DNA of 48,960 nucleotides from Euryarchaeota archaeon RBG_16_67_27 (lineage in GTDB: Archaea > Thermoplasmatota > Thermoplasmata > RBG-16-68-12), in contig MGVZ01000051.1 of assembly GCA_001800745.1 (NCBI GenBank), forward strand, positions 1-48,960. Reading direction: 5' to 3'. The position numbers and the translations under genes are program-made. Positions 42,299 through 48,960 of the stretch are shown here, one piece after another; positions within the stretch are counted from its first letter, which is position 1, and the number at the start of each line of letters is the position of its first letter. The notes beneath the pieces were generated by a model. The model did no database searches and had not been told where the DNA came from. It saw only the letters and a list, made by a program, of their open reading frames with translations.

Positions 42299-42961
42299 AT
42301 GACCGTCGGTGAGGGACGCGAGGTCCAGCTCGTTCGAGCCCTAGAGCGACTGCACCCGAATTTCCGACAGCCGCTTCAGGAAATCAATGCCCGTGTCTAC
42401 GATTTGTCCCTCTCAGGCGAGCCATCCGTCCAGCTGATGAACCGAATGTATGTGTCGTTCCTGCACTCGCTATGCGGCTCTGAGTACCAGGTTTTTGTCC
42501 ATCACATTGTCCCGGGCATGAAAGGCGAGGCCCTCGCCGACCTGGTGCGACGTCTGGAACGTTTGGAGCCTTCGACTCAACTTACGGTCCTCAGTAAGCA
42601 GGACGTAAGGCGGATGGGGTTCCGCGCTCGAGGTGCGCCCTACAGAGAACTGACCTTGGCCACGCGCACTCGGGAAACGCTCGAGATCCTGTTCGAATAC
42701 GGTTACATGTATATCGGTTTCGAGGAGTGGCTCTTGGGCCGTGTGGACTCAGCGTTTCCGCTAGAATTCTTACGTCGGACCTGTTTTGAAAGAGAGGTGA
42801 CAGCCTTGTTGCAGTCGGCGGTACGCGATTTCCCGGCGACCATCCAGATCCGCGAATTCCACGGACCTCTAGTCGCAACGACGTATCTCTCCGAGGAGCG
42901 CGTATTCAGTGCGGCGAACCAAACCGCTTCCGAACTTGGCTACATTTTGCGTGTGGAATAG
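42299..42961 (+). CDS. Hypothetical protein (220 aa), putative cognate immunity protein of the RHS-CT
   Basis: Track ORF 42254..42961. ATG 42299 lies 13 nt after the RHS stop. I recognise no motif, so the assignment rests on position only. Confidence 0.5.
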   Translation: MTVGEGREVQLVRALERLHPNFRQPLQEINARVYDLSLSGEPSVQLMNRMYVSFLHSLCGSEYQVFVHHIVPGMKGEALADLVRRLERLEPSTQLTVLSKQDVRRMGFRARGAPYRELTLATRTRETLEILFEYGYMYIGFEEWLLGRVDSAFPLEFLRRTCFEREVTALLQSAVRDFPATIQIREFHGPLVATTYLSEERVFSAANQTASELGYILRVE

Positions 42962-43047
42962 ACCGCTGGACAGAGCGACGAATTCTCTCCATGTCTTCTA
43001 ACAGTCGAGCTACGAGATGATAATCGGTTCACCAACCGTCCATATTT

Positions 43048-44040
43048 TTGGGCAGCTTGAGCGCCTGCAGATGCCACCGCCAAAACCAAGACCCTTCAAG
43101 GGATTCCCTCGACGTGGCGCGAAGACGCGGAAAAGTGGAAGTTCCCGCCCCCCTTGACGAGCTAAGTGCGTCCGACCTTCGTTTCCTATGTGGCATGTAT
43201 CGAATCTCGAGAGGCGGCAGCAAAGAGGACCTCATCCAGAGGCTCATTACCTCCGGCTACCCGGTTCCTGATATTCTGCTGCGGGCGCGAGAGATTCAGC
43301 TCGGCGATCACATCGCTCCCTATCTGCACAGAGATGATCTTCAGGACCGACTGGAGGAAGCCAGTCTACCCGTCAGCGGTTCCAGGCGGGAACAGATACT
43401 TCGGCTCATTGAGAACCGGTTGCTCGACCCGAGAGCGATTCTAGGTGACCTCCCTCCTAGGAGCCTTACCGACGTCTACCATTCCATGTTCGGTAGAGTT
43501 CCGACAGTTTCCAAGGAACGCGCAGTTGAGGAAATTCTCACTTCGTCGGGTCTCGTCTCAGAGAAGCCCGCGGCTCGCACATGGGAAGGGGGCGGCGGTA
43601 CCGCCTCCCAGTTCGAACACGACATCGCCTTGTCGTTCGCGGGGGAGGACCGAAAAGTGGCCAGAGACATCCATGCGAGGCTCCATCAGGCTGGGGTCCG
43701 TGTCTTCATGGACGAATTCTACCAGCCCGAACTGTGGGGAAAGAAACTGTCGGAGGAGTTCCGTAAACGATACGGACCCAGCTCTCGATTCGTCATCCCT
43801 CTCATCTCCCGCCACTACGCAGTCAAGGACTGGACAGACTTCGAGTTCACTATCGCTCGGGAGGAGGCTCTCCGTCGCACGCAAGAATTCATACTGCCAG
43901 TTCGCCTCGACGACACAGTCCTGGTCGGGCTCCGGAGTGATATCGCCTATCTTGACTTCCAGCGCGAGGGAGTAGACGGAATCGTCTCGACGGTTTTGAA
44001 GAAGCTCGGTGCTTCGGCTGATTTTCGTACACCTGGCTGA
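43048..44040 (+). CDS. SAP-SAP(-SAP-like)-TIR domain protein
   Basis: 330 aa from TTG 43048; GTG 43114 and 43135 are alternative starts downstream of the TATA-like CATATTTTTG at 43041-43050. SAP motifs are LSASDLRFLCGMYRISRGGSKEDLIQRLI and LHRDDLQDRLEEASLPVSGSRREQILRLI. The TIR region is FEHDIALSFAGEDRKVARDIHARLHQAGVRVFMDEF...RFVIPLISRHYAVKDWTDFEFTIA...ILPVRLDD. Confidence 0.8.
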   Translation: MGSLSACRCHRQNQDPSRDSLDVARRRGKVEVPAPLDELSASDLRFLCGMYRISRGGSKEDLIQRLITSGYPVPDILLRAREIQLGDHIAPYLHRDDLQDRLEEASLPVSGSRREQILRLIENRLLDPRAILGDLPPRSLTDVYHSMFGRVPTVSKERAVEEILTSSGLVSEKPAARTWEGGGGTASQFEHDIALSFAGEDRKVARDIHARLHQAGVRVFMDEFYQPELWGKKLSEEFRKRYGPSSRFVIPLISRHYAVKDWTDFEFTIAREEALRRTQEFILPVRLDDTVLVGLRSDIAYLDFQREGVDGIVSTVLKKLGASADFRTPG

Positions 44041-44293
44041 GAAGGGCACCGACGATTTCCCTAGCCTTCTCACGCGGGGGGTCGTGTCAACACCTTTTCT
44101 GTGAGGGTGTGCCGCTTAAACCTCTATTCGGACGAGGCACCGTATCGGCCACCTTGCTCATGGCCGATCGCAATCAGGCAGCGCGGGGTGTGCGGCACGT
44201 CTGTCGCATTCCAAGAAGCCGGCCTTCTCCGGCAGCCTTTAGTGCGAATCCGTGATTCCCTCCGGTAGGCAGACGCTTGGATGGGGGATGCCC

Positions 44294-45445
44294 ATGAGAG
44301 TCGGGATTGTCGGGCTTGGGATCGCGGGCTTCCGTCCCGCGACTCCGGAGTACAGCTGGAAGGAGCTCATGTTCGAGGCCGCGGCCCGCGCGTACGCGGA
44401 CGCGGGCGTGGACCCGCGGACCCAGGTCGATTCCTTCATCACGTGCGCGGAGGACTACTACGAGGGCTTCGGGATCTTCGACGAGTTCGTCCCGGACCAG
44501 CTCGGCGCCGTGCTCCGTCCGACCTGCACGGTCTCCGGCGACGGCCTCCAGGGTCTCGCGAGCGCCTACATGCAGATCCAGACGGGCCTGATCGACGTCG
44601 CGGTCGTCGAGGCGCACAGCAAGGCGTCGGATCTCCTCACGCTCGACGGCGTGCTCGCGCACGGCCTCGACCCCGTGTGGACGAAGCCTCTCGGGATGCA
44701 CGCGTACGTCGTCGCGGGTCTCGAGGCGGACGCCTTCCTGCGGTCGACGCGGACGCCGAGGTCCGCCCTCGATCGCGTCGTCGCGAAGAACCGCGGGAAC
44801 GGCCTGCGGAACCCGGCGGCCGCGTACGGCGCCCGAGTCGACCCGGACCAGGCGGGCGCCTCGGAGGCGCGGTTCTCGCCCCTCCGGCGGCTCGACATCA
44901 GCGCGCCCGCCGACGGATGCGTCGTCCTCGTCGTCGCGTCCGAGGCCGCGGCGCGGCGCCTCAAGGCCGACGCGGTCTGGATCCGCGGGATCGGGTGGGC
45001 GAGCGACTCGCCGACCCTCGAGACGCGTGCCTGGACGGAGGCCGCGTACGCGCGGCTCGCCGCGGCGATGGCGTACCGCCTCGCGAAGCTCCGCACGCCG
45101 GCGCGTGACATCGGGATCGCGGAGGTCGATGACCGGTTCTCGTACAAGGAGCTCCAGCACCTCGAGGCGATCGGCCTCGCGAAGCGGGGCGAGGCGGGCC
45201 GACGCGCCCTCCGCGGGGACTTCGACCTCGGCGGCCGCCTCCCCGTGAACGCGTCGGGAGGCTCGATCGGATGCGGGAACCTGTTCGAGGCCTCCGGGCT
45301 CCACCGGGCCGCGGAGGTCGTCCTCCAGCTGCGGGGGGATGCGGGCCGGCGCCAAGTCGACGGCGTACGCACGGGGGTCGCGCAGTCCTGGCGGTTCGTG
45401 CCCTCGACGACGGGCGCGGTCGCCGTCCTGGGGGTGGGCCGATGA
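44294..45445 (+). CDS. Thiolase-fold protein (SCP-x / archaeal acetyl-CoA acetyltransferase-like), paralog 1
   Basis: Track ORF 44252..45445, with the start at ATG 44294 (MRVGIVGLGIAGF...). Contains VVEAHSKAS, VVAKNRGNGLRNPAA and NASGGSIGCGNLFEASGL. Confidence 0.8.
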   Translation: MRVGIVGLGIAGFRPATPEYSWKELMFEAAARAYADAGVDPRTQVDSFITCAEDYYEGFGIFDEFVPDQLGAVLRPTCTVSGDGLQGLASAYMQIQTGLIDVAVVEAHSKASDLLTLDGVLAHGLDPVWTKPLGMHAYVVAGLEADAFLRSTRTPRSALDRVVAKNRGNGLRNPAAAYGARVDPDQAGASEARFSPLRRLDISAPADGCVVLVVASEAAARRLKADAVWIRGIGWASDSPTLETRAWTEAAYARLAAAMAYRLAKLRTPARDIGIAEVDDRFSYKELQHLEAIGLAKRGEAGRRALRGDFDLGGRLPVNASGGSIGCGNLFEASGLHRAAEVVLQLRGDAGRRQVDGVRTGVAQSWRFVPSTTGAVAVLGVGR

Positions 45446-46605
45446 GGAAGGTCGGCGTGATCGGTGCAGGGATGACCCTGTTCCGGCGGCGACTCCAGGA
45501 GACGCCGAAGGAGCTCTGCTTCGAGGCCGCGAGGATGGCGTTGGACTCCGCGGGCCTCACCCTCGCGGACGTGGACGCGGTCGTGAGCGGTTCCGCGCCG
45601 GACGCCTTCGATGGCGTGCACATGAAGGGCGAATACTTCTCCGACGGCGCGGGCGGCTACCGGAAGCCGTACACGCGGGTGTTCACCGGAGGCGGGACCG
45701 GAGTGTTCAGCACGATCGCGGGGTGGTGGCACGTCGCGTCCGGCCTGTTCGACGTCGTCCTCGTGGTGAACGAGGAGAAGATGTCCCCCTGCCAGCCGCA
45801 TCCGCAGAGCGTGTTTGCGCACATCTGGGATCCGATTCTCGACCGCCCGCTCCAGCCGAACCTCGTGTGGATCTTCGCGATGGAGATGAACCGCTACATG
45901 ACCGTCCACGGGATCAAGAAGGAGGACATCGCCCTCGTCGCGGTGAAGAACAAGAGGAACGCCGTCGGGCATCCGTGCGCTCAGCTCGCGGACCCGAACA
46001 TCACCGTGGACGACGTCCTCGCGAGCGAGGTCATGGCATGGCCCGTGCAGCGTCTCGACATCAGTCCGCCGAGCGACGGCGCGTCCGCGGTCGTCATTGC
46101 CTCGGAGGATTTCCTCCGCCGCCGGAAGATTAAGGACCGGGCCTGGATCTCCGGCGTGGGGTGGTGCATCGACTCGACGATGTGGACGGACCGGGACCTC
46201 GTTTTCCCGGAGTACGTCGCCCGGGCCGCGAAGATGGCGTACCGCATGGCGAAGATCGACAACCCGCGGAGGCAGATCGACTTCGCGGAGCCCTACGACC
46301 CGTTCGATTACAAGGAGTTGCACCATCTCGAGGGGCTCCTCCTCGCGAAGAAGGGGGAGGCCCCGAAGCTCACCCGCGAGGGCGTCACGCAGCGGGACGG
46401 GGACCTCCCCGTTTGCCCGTCCGGCGGTCTTATGGGCGTCGGCAACCCGATCGCGGCGACGATGGGCCAGAAGATCGGCGAGCTGTTCTGGCAGCTCACG
46501 GGACAGGCGGGCGCGCGGCAGATCCCCCACGAGGTCCGGACCGGGGTGTCGAACGCCTGGGGGGACCTCATGCAGTACGGGAGCGTGGTGGTGATGCGCG
46601 CATGA
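45442..46605 (+). CDS. Thiolase-fold protein, paralog 2
   Basis: Track ORF 45271..46605, with the start at ATG 45442 (ATGA overlap). Contains MRKVGVIGAGMTLF, VAVKNKRNAVGHPCAQL and CPSGGLMGVGNPIAATMG. Confidence 0.8.
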   Translation: MRKVGVIGAGMTLFRRRLQETPKELCFEAARMALDSAGLTLADVDAVVSGSAPDAFDGVHMKGEYFSDGAGGYRKPYTRVFTGGGTGVFSTIAGWWHVASGLFDVVLVVNEEKMSPCQPHPQSVFAHIWDPILDRPLQPNLVWIFAMEMNRYMTVHGIKKEDIALVAVKNKRNAVGHPCAQLADPNITVDDVLASEVMAWPVQRLDISPPSDGASAVVIASEDFLRRRKIKDRAWISGVGWCIDSTMWTDRDLVFPEYVARAAKMAYRMAKIDNPRRQIDFAEPYDPFDYKELHHLEGLLLAKKGEAPKLTREGVTQRDGDLPVCPSGGLMGVGNPIAATMGQKIGELFWQLTGQAGARQIPHEVRTGVSNAWGDLMQYGSVVVMRA

Positions 46606-47123
46606 CGTCGCGGATCAAGCGCTTCCCCGGGGTCGAGCTCAGCTCCGAAGCGTTCTACGGCGGGAAGGTCACCGTGGTCCGGTCCCGTCCGGACGCGAAG
46701 TACGCGTGGTCCGCCGGGGAGGCGATGAGCCGGTTCCTCGAGGAGCTCCAGCAGGGCCGGCTCATCGCACGGACGTGCAGCGGATGCGAGCGGATCCTGT
46801 TCCCCCCGCGGATGTTCTGCGAGGAGTGCTTCCGGCCGACGGACGCGTGGACGTACGTGCGGGACACGGGGACGATCGAGACGTTCTCCGTCTCCTACCT
46901 CGACAAGGACGCGAAGCGGATCCGCGACCCGATCCTCGTAGGCGTCGTGAGCCTCGATGGGGCGTCCCCGAAGATGGGAATGATGCACTACTTCGGGGAG
47001 ATGACGAAGGACGAGATCCGGATCGGCATGCGGGTGAAGGCCGTCTGGCGGCCTCCGGCGGAACGGCGCGGGAGCGTGCTCGACATCGCCTACTTCCGGC
47101 CCCTCCGGGAGGGGGAACCGTGA
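46602..47123 (+). CDS. DUF35 OB-fold / zinc-ribbon protein, paralog 1
   Basis: Track ORF 46161..47123, with the start at ATG 46602 (ATGA overlap). The zinc ribbon is CSGCERILFPPRMFCEECF, followed by an OB-fold-like C-terminus (GMRVKAVWRP). Confidence 0.8.
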   Translation: MTSRIKRFPGVELSSEAFYGGKVTVVRSRPDAKYAWSAGEAMSRFLEELQQGRLIARTCSGCERILFPPRMFCEECFRPTDAWTYVRDTGTIETFSVSYLDKDAKRIRDPILVGVVSLDGASPKMGMMHYFGEMTKDEIRIGMRVKAVWRPPAERRGSVLDIAYFRPLREGEP

Positions 47124-47596
47124 CGTTCCTCGAGCGGACGACGGACCCCCGCCGCCTCCGGCACTGGGAGGGGACCCTCGAGGCCGACTACATCTACACG
47201 AGCGGTCTCGCGGGGGAGCGGTTCTTCGTCGCCCTCCGCGACGAGGGGCGGATCCTCGCGGCCCGATGTCCGACCTGCGACCTCTCGTACCTGCCCCCGC
47301 GGCCCTTCTGCGAACGCTGCTTCTCAGAACTCGCGGCATACGTCGACGTGCCCACGACGGGCCGCGTCGTCGCGGTCACGATCGCCCACGTCGACGCCCG
47401 CGGCCGATCGCTCCCCGCGCCCGAGCCATGGGCGTTCGTCAGGTTCCGCGGGGTCCACGGGGGTCTCGTCCACCGTCTCCTCGTTCCCGCGGACCGCGCG
47501 CGGCCGGGAATGAGGGTCCGCGTCCGCCTGCGCCCGCGCGAAGCCCGCACCGGGGCCGTCACGGACATGGAGGGGTTCGAGCCCGCGACTTCGTGA
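47120..47596 (+). CDS. DUF35 OB-fold / zinc-ribbon protein, paralog 2
   Basis: Track ORF 46706..47596, with the start at GTG 47120 (GTGA overlap). The zinc ribbon is CPTCDLSYLPPRPFCERCF, followed by GMRVRVRLRP. Confidence 0.8.
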   Translation: MTFLERTTDPRRLRHWEGTLEADYIYTSGLAGERFFVALRDEGRILAARCPTCDLSYLPPRPFCERCFSELAAYVDVPTTGRVVAVTIAHVDARGRSLPAPEPWAFVRFRGVHGGLVHRLLVPADRARPGMRVRVRLRPREARTGAVTDMEGFEPATS

Positions 47597-47686
47597 CGTC
47601 CCACGTTCGAACCGTGATACTGTCGGCCAAGCCTTGATATGCCCCCTGCCATACTATCGGGCGCGAGAATAAGTCGGGGACTCTTC

Positions 47687-48235
47687 ATGGACACCGACGT
47701 GAAGACCTACAAGCTAAAGATTTGCCTCGTCGGCGAGGAGGGCGTCGGGAAGACGAGCCTCGTCCACCGCTTCGTTTCCGGCGCGTTCGACGAATCGTAC
47801 ATCCGGACCCTCGGCGCGGTCGTCTCGAAGAAGTCGGTCACCCTCGGCTCCGTGCGGGGACGGCCGGTCCATGTCGACATGATGATCCTCGACATCATGG
47901 GGAAGCGAACGTTCCTCCAGCTCTTCAAGGACGCATACTTCAACGGCGCGAAAGGCATCATCGCAGTGTTCGACGTGACGCGGAAGCCGTCCCTCCGTGA
48001 TCTCACCCTATGGGTGGACGGGGTCCGGGACAGCGTCGGGCCCGTCCCCGCGTACGCGCTCGGGAACAAGGTCGACCTCAAGGAACGTCGTGAGGTGAAG
48101 GACGAGGACGTGCGCGAGGTCCTCGCGTCGTACGAGTGCCCGGTCCTCTACACCTCCGCGAAGACGGGGGAGAACGTCGAGCAGGCGTTCCAGGGTCTCG
48201 CGAAGACGATCATCGAGTCCCTCGTCACCGAGTGA
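47687..48235 (+). CDS. Ras-superfamily (Rab-like) small GTPase, second copy
   Basis: Track ORF 47639..48235, with the start at ATG 47687, about 30 nt downstream of CATACTATC. G1 is GEEGVGKTS, the switch I Thr is in YIRTLGA, G3 is ILDIMGKR, G4 is GNKVDL and G5 is TSAKTGENVEQAF. Confidence 0.85.
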   Translation: MDTDVKTYKLKICLVGEEGVGKTSLVHRFVSGAFDESYIRTLGAVVSKKSVTLGSVRGRPVHVDMMILDIMGKRTFLQLFKDAYFNGAKGIIAVFDVTRKPSLRDLTLWVDGVRDSVGPVPAYALGNKVDLKERREVKDEDVREVLASYECPVLYTSAKTGENVEQAFQGLAKTIIESLVTE

Positions 48236-48285
48236 GGTCGCAACCGTCTTATAGGCACGCCCCCTTCGACGAGGCCGAGGCCTCC

Positions 48286-48960
48286 ATGGCGGACGCCGAC
48301 AGGCTCGCCACCGTCCGGCGGCGCGTTGCGGACTGGGAGGCGACGACCCTCGCGGAAGCACTCCGAGACCACCCGGAGCGCAGGTCGGCGTTCGTCACGA
48401 CGTCGAGCCGCCCGGTGAAGCGCCTCTACACCCCCGCGGACCTTGCGGGGAAATCGCCGGCGGAGCGCCTCGGGAGGCCCGGCGAGCCGCCGTTCACCCG
48501 GGGGATCCATCCGACGATGTACCGCGGTCGCCTCTGGACGATGCGGATGTTCGCCGGGTACGGGAGCGCGGAGGACACGAACGGGCGCTTCAAGTACCTC
48601 ATCGCCCACGGAGAGACGGGCCTGAGCGTCGCGTTCGACATGCCGACCCTCTACGGGTACGACACGGACGACGCCGAGGCGAAGGGCGAGTTCGGCACGT
48701 GCGGCGTCGCGGTGTCGAGCCTCGAGGACATGCGGGTCCTCTTCCGGGGGATCGACGTGGGCGCGATCAGCACGTCGATGACGATCAACAGCCCCGCGGC
48801 CCCGATCTGGGCGATGTACCTCGCCATGGCCGACGACGCGGGCGTGCCGTGGTCGAAGCTCCGCGGGACGATCCAGAACGACATCCTCAAGGAGTACCAG
48901 GCTCAGAAGGAGTGGATCTTCCCACCGGAGCCCTCGATGCGGCTCGTCGTGGACACGTTC
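48286..48960 (+). CDS. Methylmalonyl-CoA mutase, large (catalytic) subunit, N-terminal part (runs off the right edge)
   Basis: Absent from the ORF track because it has no stop in the window. ATG 48286 lies about 34 nt downstream of CTTATAGG (48248-48255). The translation reads MADADRLATVRRRVADWE...PGEPPFTRGIHPTMYRGRLWTMRMFAGYGSAEDTNGRFKYLIAHGETGLSVAFDMPTLYGYD...TSMTINSPAAPIWAMY...GTIQNDILKEYQAQKEWIFPP. Confidence 0.9.
   Translation, partial: MADADRLATVRRRVADWEATTLAEALRDHPERRSAFVTTSSRPVKRLYTPADLAGKSPAERLGRPGEPPFTRGIHPTMYRGRLWTMRMFAGYGSAEDTNGRFKYLIAHGETGLSVAFDMPTLYGYDTDDAEAKGEFGTCGVAVSSLEDMRVLFRGIDVGAISTSMTINSPAAPIWAMYLAMADDAGVPWSKLRGTIQNDILKEYQAQKEWIFPPEPSMRLVVDTF

Noticed and set aside
1-48960. 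Search for CRISPR arrays, rRNA genes, and long tandem or interspersed nucleotide repeats
   Set aside because: I saw no regularly spaced direct repeats of CRISPR size and no rRNA-like conserved blocks. The only periodic signal is the protein-level TPR repeat, which is not conserved at the nucleotide level.

Overview
The window is about 49 kb of a high-G+C archaeal chromosome. Archaeal hallmarks are archaeosine synthase, an archaeal-type Hpt, DUF835, a KaiC-like ATPase, TATA-like boxes 25-35 nt upstream of start codons (mostly leaderless geometry), and a tRNA without an encoded CCA.

Most of the window is housekeeping:
- a family X DNA polymerase, cut by the left edge and absent from the ORF track;
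- a KaiC/GvpD-like ATPase with two tandem wHTH paralogs;
- a CPA2 antiporter;
- a three-gene MTA/purine salvage cluster (MTAP-like, MtaD, Hpt);
- a 1034-aa GNAT fusion protein, DUF835, ArcS and tRNA-Gly(TCC);
- a 1416-aa TPR protein with a C-terminal Cys/His finger;
- an S1 serine protease and a frameshifted SWIM-finger gene;
- two Rab/Ras-like small GTPases and an SGNH hydrolase;
- a translationally coupled histidine operon (hisG-D-C-H-A-B-F-IE plus a PHP phosphatase);
- a sequon-rich surface protein, an acyl-CoA dehydrogenase and a PolB-exo-like exonuclease;
- sdhACDB;
- a thiolase-thiolase-DUF35-DUF35 operon;
- the 5' part of methylmalonyl-CoA mutase, cut by the right edge.

The most unusual part is a visibly lower-G+C island of about 6.6 kb (roughly 37.6-44.2 kb) between sdhB and the thiolase operon. 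It carries three consecutive toxin-like/immunity-like gene pairs: an overlapping 141-aa/79-aa pair, a PD-(D/E)xK fragment with a 290-aa partner, and an RHS-core fragment with a glycine-zipper C-terminus and a 220-aa partner. It also carries an IS5-like transposase and a stand-alone SAP-SAP-TIR protein.

No CRISPR array or rRNA was seen. Many long ORFs in the track are antisense or run-on artefacts of the high G+C content. All family assignments come from reading motifs by eye; no searches were run.
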